From NCBI GenBank assembly GCA_963774265.1, contig CAVZDU010000001.1, forward strand, positions 640,001 through 704,000: 64,000 nucleotides of DNA, in the 5' to 3' direction. How positions within the stretch are numbered: the stretch's first letter is position 1; every line of letters begins with the position of its first letter. The notes beneath the pieces are model-generated. The model ran no database searches and was not told the origin of the DNA. It was given only the letters and a program-made list of their open reading frames with translations. This stretch comes from an uncultured Chloroflexia bacterium (GTDB lineage Bacteria; Chloroflexota; Anaerolineae; CG2-30-64-16). Below, in pieces: positions 12,201 through 20,160 of the stretch. A program made the position numbers and the translations under genes.

Positions 12201-13137
12201 ATGCCAGCACATGAAGACAGCACCATTGGTCGGCGTTTTCTCATCTCTATCGGCGTCACCATCGCCATTCTCATCGTCGAAATCATCGGCGGCTACTGGA
12301 CGGGCAGCCTGGCGTTGCTCTCAGATGCGGCCCACGTCTTCATGGACGTCTTCGCGCTGGTTCTGAGCTACCTCGCACTACGGCTCTCCGCGTTGCCCGC
12401 CGACGACCGCCACACCTACGGCTTCCACCGCCTGGAAGTGCTTGGCCGCGCTCGTCAACGGTATCACACTCGGTGCGATCGCCATCGGCATCTTCTCCGA
12501 ATCCTGGCAGCGCTGGCAAAACCCGCAGCCGGTAAAAAGCCTTGAGATGCTGGTCATCGCCGCCATCGGCCTGATCTGCAATCTGATCGTGATCTTCGTA
12601 CTCGGCGGCCACGGCCACCATCGCGAGGCGCACGACCATGAACACGAGCGCGAGGATCTGAACGTCCGCAGCGCGTTCCTGCATGTTGTCGGCGACGCGG
12701 TCTCTTCGGTGGGCGTCATCTTGGCAGCAGGCATCATCTGGACCACCGGCTGGCAATGGGTTGACCCCCTGGTCAGCGTGCTCATCGGGGTTCTGATCCT
12801 GATCAGTTCCTGGCGCGTGCTCAGAGGCTCCCTGCACATCCTGGTTGAGGGGGTCCCCGAAGGGCTGTCACTGGCGAAAATCAGCCAAAGCATGGCCGAG
12901 GCGCCCGGCGTGCAGGACGTGCACGATCTGCACGTCTGGAATCTGTGCTCAGGGCATATTGCCCTGAGCGCCCACGTCGTCGTAAGTGATCAAAGCCTGG
13001 GCCAGGCGCAGACCTTGCTGGACGATCTCATAAGCCACCTGAAGGCCGGCTTTGGCATTGAGCACACCACCATCCAGTTCGAATGCGCCAGTTGCGGGCA
13101 TGGTCGCATGGTCTGCGGCAACGGCAATCATTCGTAA
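12201..13137 (+). CDS. czcD: Cation diffusion facilitator, CzcD/ZitB-like (frameshift near 12442)
   Basis: SLALLSDAAHVFMD, HTYGFHRLE, His-rich loop, SAFLHVVGD, HDLHVW and HTTIQFE motifs. Confidence 0.9.
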
Positions 13138-13199
13138 CCGGGAGGATTCATAGTATGACCGGGCTCATAGCACGACTTGCATATCCGAAGGAGATCGCA

Positions 13200-13651
13200 G
13201 TGAGCAGCGAATTTCTTGAAACCACAGTTGATAAATTCATCTTCCGCGTGAAGGTCGGCTACCTCTACAGCGAGGCCGGCGTCTGGGTAGCCTATGAGTC
13301 GGCGCAGGGCACGGCCCGCGTCGGCCTAACCGACTTTCGCCAGCAGGCCAGCGGCGATGTCGCGTTCGTGGAGCTGCCCGCAGTCGGCGCCCAAGCTGGA
13401 GGCCGGCGACGATCTGGCCAACATCGAGACCATCAAGGTCGACCTGGCCGTGCCTGCGCCGCTCAGCGGCGAGGTTGTGGCCGTCAACGAGGCGTTGGGC
13501 GACGCACCGCGAGCTGATCAACCAGGAGCCGTACGGCGCGGGCTGGTTGGTCGAGCTGAAGCCGGAACACTGGCCGGTCGAGGGCTTGCTGGATGCGCCC
13601 GCGTACCTGGCCGTGATGCAGGCGCAAGCCGAAGCGGAGGCGGCCAAATGA
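13200..13651 (+). CDS. GcvH-like lipoyl-carrier protein (frameshifts near 13390 and 13510)
   Basis: Reconstructed ARVGLTDFRQQASGDVAFVELP...IETIKVDLAVPAPLSGEVVAVN...ELINQEPYGAGWLVEL; lipoyl Lys present in ETIK. Confidence 0.88.
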
Positions 13652-14063
13652 GCGAGCGCGTGATCATTGTGCCGTGCAGCGGCATCGGCAAGACGTATGG
13701 CACGGTGACGCGCGAGGCGGCCTATCTGGTGACCGAGGAGCTGCGGCCAGAGACAACCACCATCGTGCCGCTCTCGCTGCTGGTGCTGGGCGACGAAGAG
13801 GCGCGGGCGGCCGTGCAGGACGCCCGGGTGATCACCATGGATGGCTGCAAGCTGGCCTGCGCCACGCTCAACGTGCGCCAGGCGGGCGGCGACGGTAGCC
13901 AAGGAGTTCACCGTGCTGGACTTCTTCCGGCGCAACAAAGCCCTGAAGCCCCAGGGCATCAGCCGAGCTGAACGACGGCGGCCAAGCCCTGGCCCGCGCG
14001 CTGGCGGACGAAGTCGCCCAAACAGCCGATGAATTGATCGCGGGAGGCGTTGAACATGCCTAA
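13648..14063 (+). CDS. DGC-domain putative zinc-binding protein 1 (frameshifts near 13890 and 13960)
   Basis: IIVPCSGIGK and ITMDGCKLACA; ATGA overlap with the GcvH-like gene. Confidence 0.82.
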
Positions 14064-14802
14064 TCTACCGCAACGCAAAGTCGGCATCGTGGCCTGCTCG
14101 GGCGAGGAGTTGCCGGCGGGCACCGTCACCCGCCTGGCCGCGCTCAAGGTGCTGGAGGAGCTGCGGCCCAGCGAGACCGTCACCATCTGCCTGCCGCTCT
14201 TCCTGGCCGGCGGCGAAGGGGATCGCGCCTTCGCCAAGTTCTACCCCACCATCGCCGTGGACGGCTGCGAGAAGCGCTGCGCGGCGCGCGCCACCGAGCT
14301 GTACAGCAACAAGCCGGCGGCCAGCATCGTGGTGGACGACATCCTGGCGCAGCACAACCTGCCGGCGCCACAGGGGCTGCGCCGGCTGTCGCCGGAGAGC
14401 CAGCCCGTCGTGGACGCCCTGGCCGACGCGATCGCCGCCGAAGTCGATCATCTGATGGCCGTGCGCTGGAGCCGGACCGAGGGCGCGATCCTGGAGGCGG
14501 CGCCCGCGGCCCAGGAAGCTGTCAGCACCTCGGCCTGCGCCTGCGGCTCGGGCATCCCGGTGACCACTGTGCAAGTGGCCGGCCGCGCGGTGCAAATCAT
14601 GGCCCTGGAGCCGATCCTGGAGCTGGCCTACAACCAGGGCTTGCGCGCCGATGGCGCCCTGCCCAGCCGGTACCGCCAGATCCTGCAGACCGTGCAGGTC
14701 TACAACACCGTGCCGGCCGGCGAGGAAGACCAGTACGCGCAGGCGCTTGATCTGGCCTGGCACGCCTACTGCGAGCAGCGCGAGGCGCAGAATCATGGCT
14801 AA
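14056..14802 (+). CDS. DGC-domain putative zinc-binding protein 2 with an extra C-terminal CxC domain
   Basis: IVACSGEE, TICLP and VDGCEKRCA, then SACACGSGIP and a helical domain. Confidence 0.85.
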   Translation: MPNLPQRKVGIVACSGEELPAGTVTRLAALKVLEELRPSETVTICLPLFLAGGEGDRAFAKFYPTIAVDGCEKRCAARATELYSNKPAASIVVDDILAQHNLPAPQGLRRLSPESQPVVDALADAIAAEVDHLMAVRWSRTEGAILEAAPAAQEAVSTSACACGSGIPVTTVQVAGRAVQIMALEPILELAYNQGLRADGALPSRYRQILQTVQVYNTVPAGEEDQYAQALDLAWHAYCEQREAQNHG

Positions 14803-15254
14803 GACCGCAACCTACACCACCGAAGTCACCTGGCGCGGGCGATCACTGGGGCCATATCGTGATGGGCAACGGCCCGCAGATGGCCTTTTCCGCGCCGCCC
14901 GACGCCTACGGCCAGGCCGGCGTGTTGACCCCCGAGGATGCCTTCGTCGCGGCGGCCAACACCTGCGTCATGATGATGTTCCTCTGGGCCTGCGAGCGGT
15001 TCAAGATCGACCTGGTGGACTACCGCTGCCGCACCGAGGGCACCAAGAAGATCGAGCTGGATCGCACCGAGATCTTCACCCACCTGCGTTTCTGGCCCGA
15101 GATCACCGTGCGGGCCGATGCCGACGGGGACGCGGCCAGCACCGAGAAGCGCGTGCGCAAGGCGCTGGCCTCGGCGCAGAAGTACAGCCTGGTGGCCAAC
15201 TCGGTCAAGAGCGAGATCAGCATCGAACCACAGATCACGGTGCAGGAAAAGTAG
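14795..15254 (+). CDS. OsmC/Ohr-family protein (frameshift near the 5' end)
   Basis: YTTEVTW, FSAPP, TPEDAFVAAANTC and AQKYSLVANSVKSEI. Confidence 0.8.
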
Positions 15255-15258
15255 TATC

Positions 15259-15405
15259 ATGTTGAGCATCAAAGTATTGGGGCCCGGTTGCGCGAACTGT
15301 TTCATTATGGAAGGCCTCGCGACGGCTGCCGTGCAAGTCCTGACAGACCAGCTTGAGCAATTCGCTCTGGGAGGAAGACCGTGTCCAAGGTATCAGTGGT
15401 GCTAG
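15259..15405 (+). pseudogene. Truncated second MTH895-like thioredoxin
   Basis: MLSIKVLGPGCANC matches the 9837 gene but the TP-motif C-terminal half is absent. Confidence 0.6.
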
Positions 15406-15554
15406 ATGACCAGGAACAGCAGGAGCTGCAGATGATCCTGACCGATGGGGATGGTGTGGCTGCGCTCCGCTACCTGAAGGAAGTGCTCTGGACCCAGGTG
15501 CAAGCGGTGCGCCGCAAAGAGTTGCGCAGCCACCTGGAAGCAGGCCGGTCGTAG
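15381..15554 (+). CDS. Small 57-aa hypothetical protein (absent from the ORF track)
   Basis: GGAGG then GTG; reads VSKVSVVLDDQEQQELQMILTDGDGVAALRYLKEVLWTQVQAVRRKELRSHLEAGRS with good codon usage. Confidence 0.7.
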   Translation: MSKVSVVLDDQEQQELQMILTDGDGVAALRYLKEVLWTQVQAVRRKELRSHLEAGRS

Positions 15555-15689
15555 GAACGGGACGCTTCGTGATTCAATTTGCCGAGTCTATCCGCAAGAA
15601 TCACCGGACGATCATTATCGTCGTCGTAAGCACCCCAGGCAGATGACGTAGCTTCTACACCGCTGACCTGTGCATGGACTGCGAGGAAA

Positions 15690-16369
15690 ATGGCCACAAC
15701 TGAGGGCAGCTTGACCTTCAGGATCGATGAGGCAGGACGGCTGGAGTTCCCCACCTGCGGGGGCTGCCTGCGGGCACGAGGGGTTTTCCGATGTCCCTGA
15801 CCACCGAGCATCTTGTGGGTGCGATCAGCTTGATTCGCTCCCTGCCTTGCCTGGCCGATCCCGGTAAGATCATCGTCATCGGCGAAACTGACGCGCCTCT
15901 GGACGGTGTGCTGCCGCTCCTGAACGCGATCCTGCCCAACGTCGTCAGCTACCATCCGTTCAGCGGCGTGATGACCCTGCGCCGGCGGCCCGGGCTAATC
16001 ACGCTCTACCCGGACAAGGTGATGATCACGCAGGTGGCGGACGTCGAAGAGGGACTGGCCCTGCTGGCGGCCGTGCGCGATCTGCTCAACCGTACCTGGG
16101 CCCGTCGGGATGAGATCCAACCCAGGCCGCAAGGACGCCGTGTGCCGCGACCGCTGGACGTTTATGAGCTGCTGCCGCGCACCAATTGCCGGGCGTGCGG
16201 CGAGGCGACCTGCATGGCCTTCGCGTTCGGCCTGCTGGAGGGCCGCCATCAGCCGGAGGAGTGCCCATCCTTGGCCGATCCGGCCTACATCGCGCAGCGC
16301 CGGGCGCTGGCCGATATGCTGTCCGATGCGGGGGACAGCGCAGCCGGGCCAAACCTAAACGCGCTGTGA
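15690..16369 (+). CDS. (Fe-S)-binding protein, copy 2; probably starts at 15690 with a Cys-containing N-extension (frameshifted), core ORF 15791-16369
   Basis: LPCLADPGK and LPRTNCRACGEATCMAFAF...CPSL; upstream GAGG plus ATG reads MATTEGSLTFRIDEAGRLEFPTCGGC. Confidence 0.8.
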
Positions 16370-16540
16370 AAACGAGCCGTGCCAACGTGTCGGGCAGGAC
16401 TACAAGGAAATCACTCGACCCTCGCTCACGAACGCGCAGGCAGAGATTGCGCAAGGCGCTCGAATGCAGCGGACAGGCACACAATGTGCTCCCGCTACTG
16501 TCTTCCGAGGGTCCGCTTCGCCAGGAAAGGAGCCAGCACG

Positions 16541-17210
16541 ATGTCAGTGATCACTGTTTCCAGAGAATTCGGCAGTGTGGGCGATGACTTCGGTGAGAGA
16601 ATCGCCCAAGCGTTGGGGTACCACTGCGTATGCAAGGAGGAAATTGTTGCCCTGCTCAGCCAGTACGGCATGGTTGAGTTCGATCGGGAGTATGAAACCC
16701 GACCGGGTTTTTGGGAAGGTCTCAATTCGCTTCGCGATCAGCGCCGCAGCGAAATGGTGGGCATGCTCAACCAGGTTGTGCAAGCTGTGGCGCAGCATGG
16801 CAACGTGGTGATCCAGGGGCGCAGCGGTTTTGCGGTCTTAGCGGACTATGCCGATGTGCTTCATGTGCGGTTGCAGGCGCCTCTTACGGTTCGGATCGAG
16901 CGCGTGGCGGCGCAGCAGGAGATGACAGCCGAGCAGGCAGCGGCGGTCGTGAAAGAGCGCGATCGGGTGCGGACGGCTTTTGTGGAGAACTTCTACGGCG
17001 TGCCGTGGGGCGCCATCCATGCCTTTGATCTGGTTATCGACACCGGCAAGATTTCTCCCGACCTCGGCAAGACCTGGGTGGTCGACGCGGCGAAAGCATC
17101 AGCACACAGTCCAGCAACACGGCAAACCGTCTACCCGCTCGATAGAGGTGGATGCCGTCTTGGCGAAGGCGGTTTCCGAGGTGCTTCACTGCACGGCGAC
17201 GCATAGCTAA
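16541..17210 (+). CDS. Cytidylate kinase-like family protein (frameshift near the 3' end)
   Basis: VITVSREFGSVG, GNVVIQGRS, HVRLQAP and FDLVIDT motifs. Confidence 0.85.
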
Positions 17211-17484
17211 CAACGCCGGCAGCGGTGTTTTTTGCACACACACTTCAGCGCCGGTTGAACCAATAACTCACCGGATTGGTTAGAATTGCCTGAGCGGAGG
17301 GTTGAGATCACCGTTGCGCCCGTTGACCGCCATCCTGATTGACGCGCTGCGCGCTGTGCCGGGCCTGCCTCCCGAAATCGCGAGACTGCAGGCGAATGAT
17401 GTGCGCTGCCAGACTGTTGTCGCCCTGACGCCGGCCTCATGGTTTAGGAAGAGGTAGATGCGCCTGGCAAGGAGGTGTACCGAG

Positions 17485-17915
17485 ATGGCTAAGAAGCGCG
17501 TGCTGTTTTTATGCACCGGCAATTCCTGCTCGTTCCCAGATGGCTGAGGCCATCGTCAATGTCCGGCTGGGCGAATCATGGGAAGCCTATAGTGCGGGCA
17601 CCCAGCCGGCCGGGTATGTTCACCCGCTGGCCGTGCGCGTCTTGCGTGAGATCGGTATTCGAGCATGAAGGACGCTCCAAGCGTGCGGACGAATTCCGGG
17701 ACATGCCGTTCGATCTGGTCGTGACCGTCTGCGACGATGCCGCCGAGAACTGCCCGGTGTGGCTGGGAAGGGGGCGGCGGGTGCACCTCGGCTTTCCTGA
17801 TCCCGCAAAGGCGACGGGGAGTGAGGAAGAGGTGCTGGTCGTCTTCCGCCAGGTGCGCGACGATATTGCGGTGCGGATGAACGAGCTGCTTTCGCGTGAG
17901 AATCTGGGGACTTGA
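17485..17915 (+). CDS. arsC: Thioredoxin-coupled arsenate reductase, LMW-PTP fold (two frameshifts)
   Basis: AAGGAGG RBS; [11 protein letters not shown](R)[22 protein letters not shown] and FPDP motifs. Confidence 0.9.
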
Positions 17916-17951
17916 CAAATCACGACTTATATCGTATATATACGATATAAG
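17912..17951 (+). promoter_or_regulatory. Promoter with a perfect 26-bp palindromic operator upstream of the second arsR
   Basis: TTGACA (17912), 17 nt spacer, TATATA; overlapped by CTTATATCGTATATATACGATATAAG (17926-17951). Confidence 0.85.
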
Positions 17952-17952
17952 G

Positions 17953-18366
17953 ATGGTGGTGAGATGGAGGTCATCGCATTGCAGGGACCGGCGGAGCGCA
18001 ACCGACGAAGCGCGCCTGGTGCAGATGCTGAAGGCGCTGGGTAATCCGGTTCGTTTTCGCATCATGCAGACGCTGGCCGAGCGCCAGGTGTGCATCACGC
18101 AGGAGATTGTCGAAACGACGCCGCTCGCACAGTCCACGGTCAGTCAGCATCTAAAGGTGCTGCGCGAGGCCGGGCTGATCGAGGGCGAGTTCGAAGGACC
18201 CGCGACCTGCTACTGCCTGAGCGAGACGGGCGTGCGCTGGCTGAAGGAACAGATCGAGAGCTGGCTGCCCGGATGCTGTCAGCCAGGCTCGCGGTTTGAG
18301 CCGGTTGAGATCGAGCCGGCGCGTGGCGGAGGTGACCAGGACGCCGCACGTGACTGCTGTGACTGA
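17953..18366 (+). CDS. arsR: Second ArsR/SmtB family repressor (start uncertain)
   Basis: LKALGNPVRFRI, QSTVSQHLKVLREAGL and CYC motifs; C-terminal CC pairs. Confidence 0.88.
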   Translation: MVVRWRSSHCRDRRSATDEARLVQMLKALGNPVRFRIMQTLAERQVCITQEIVETTPLAQSTVSQHLKVLREAGLIEGEFEGPATCYCLSETGVRWLKEQIESWLPGCCQPGSRFEPVEIEPARGGGDQDAARDCCD

Positions 18367-18390
18367 GAGGCGTCTCTTTTTTGCGGTTGA

Positions 18391-18410
18391 TCATCGTAAT
18401 TTTACGATGA
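18391..18410 (+). promoter_or_regulatory. Second copy of the ATCGTA-N4-TACGAT operator
   Basis: TCATCGTAATTTTACGATGA, about 30 nt upstream of the methyltransferase start. Confidence 0.75.
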
Positions 18411-18440
18411 AATTCGATTCAGAATCATGGAGAGTGTAGG

Positions 18441-19881
18441 ATGAGCATGACTCAGGCATCGGCCGAGTATTTCGAGCGGGTGGCGGGCGAGTGGGACAGC
18501 CTGCGGACCGGTTATTTTGGGGAGGCCGTGCGCGACGCGGCGATCGCACGGGCGTACCTGCGGCCAGAGATGGTCGTGGCGGACGTCGGTTCGGGCACGG
18601 GGTTCATGGCTGCGGGTCTCGCGCCGCTGGTTGCGAAAGTATATGCGGTCGACGGCTCGGCCGCCATGCTGGAGGTCGGCCGGCAGAATCTGGGCGGCTT
18701 CGGCAACGTCGAGCAACGGCTGGCCGACGGCGCGCGCGTTGCCGTTCGACGACGCGAGTCTCGACGCGGTCTTCGCGAACATGTATCTGCATCACTGCCC
18801 TGACCCCCAGGCGGCCATCGTTGAAATGGTGCGTGTGCTGAAACCCGGCGGCCGGCTGGTGATCACGGACCTGGATCAGCACGAGCATGCCTGGATGCGC
18901 GAGGAGATGGCCGACTCTGGCTAGGCTTCGAGCGCGGCAGCGTGAAGGACTGGCTGCGGGCGGCGGGCCTGGTGAACGTGATCGTCGATCGGCACCGGCG
19001 AGTCCTGCAGCTCGACCTCGCAGAGCGATCCCGCAGCGGACGCGGCGGCCGACATCAGCATCTTCGTGGCGACGGGCAGCCGCCGGGTGAGCGGCGCGAC
19101 GCGACGCCGTGCAGTCCAGCTACGGTGCGCTGGCGGTCAACGGCGGCTGCTGCGGCTCGCGGCTGCGGTCGCAGAGCAGTTGCTGCTCGCCGTCATCGAA
19201 TGCGATGGAGCTGGTCGAGGCCGGACACGGCCGGATGTGGTCCTGTGGGATACGGGATACACTGCCGAGCAGATCGCCCTGGTGCCTGCGGAAGCTGCGA
19301 ACCTGTCTTTGGGCTGCGGGAACCCGACCGCGATGGCTTCACTGCGGCCGGGCGAGACGGTCCTGGACATCGGCAGCGGCGCGGGGATCGACGCCTTCTA
19401 TCGCCGCCCGGCGTGTGGGCGAGCAGGGCCGGGTGATCGGGCTGGACATGACGCCGTCCATGATCGAGCGCGCGCGGCGATCCGCGGAAGCAGCCGGGCT
19501 GACGCAGGTGGACTTCCGGTTGGGACAGGCGGAAGCGATGCCGGTGGAAGACGGTATCGTGGACGTGATCCTGTCGAACTGCGTTATCAACCTGGTGGAG
19601 GACAAGGGCCGGGTCTTCGAAGAAGCCTATCGGGTGTTGAAGCCGGGCGGCCGGTTGAGCATCAGTGACATGGTGACCGCCGGGCCGCTGCCCATGAGCT
19701 TGCGGAGCGATCCACAGATGTGGGCAGGGTGCATCAACGGTGCGCTGCCCGGAGCGCGAGTATCTGGACCTGGTGCGGCAGGCGGGCTTCGTTGACGTTG
19801 TAGGGCAAGCGAAGCTTGAGTGGGGGTGAGCTGGCGGGCGTGGAGGTCTACAGCCTGGCCCTGTCAGCCAGAAAAGCATAA
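18441..19881 (+). CDS. arsM: Two-domain methyltransferase: class I SAM methyltransferase fused to arsenite methyltransferase (multiple frameshifts)
   Basis: N-domain [16 protein letters not shown] and RVLKPGG; C-domain [26 protein letters not shown] and WAGCINGAL. Confidence 0.82.
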
Positions 19882-20013
19882 CCCGCGCGGGGCTCCAGGC
19901 CTGGAGTGCCCGTCCGACGGTGAACCGACCAGATACTACGGCAGCGCCCCATGAACGGGACTGGAATGCGCGTTGGACGCCCCAGCCCCATTGATCGGGC
20001 GCTGCCTGTACCC

Positions 20014-20042
20014 TTGACAAGTCATGGTAGTCACACTAAAAT
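20014..20042 (+). promoter_or_regulatory. Sigma70 promoter
   Basis: TTGACA, 17 nt spacer, TAAAAT. Confidence 0.7.
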
Positions 20043-20160
20043 CCGTGATAGAAAGCGCGATGGCATTGCGGCGTCCCCACATGACAGCACCACCTCGCGC
20101 TCTTTCCTCAGTATGCGATCACGAGAGCAGCCCAACACACCACAATGAGGGTTGTGCCAG

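Noticed and set aside
13200-13651. Glycine cleavage system
   Set aside because: No gcvP or gcvT is present in the window and the context is metal(loid) resistance.
13648-15405. Selenocysteine read-through in the DGC, OsmC or thioredoxin genes
   Set aside because: The motif positions use Cys codons (or Ser in OsmC); the breaks are frameshifts, not in-frame TGA codons.
17204-17285. Integron attC-like site (GCTAAC...GTTAG) after the cytidylate kinase-like gene
   Set aside because: The L-box pairing is weak, and there is no second site or integron integrase in the window.
20021-20120. tRNA or attachment site at the right border of the ars island
   Set aside because: No cloverleaf or T-loop motif and no direct repeat matching the left border; the region is explained by a promoter.
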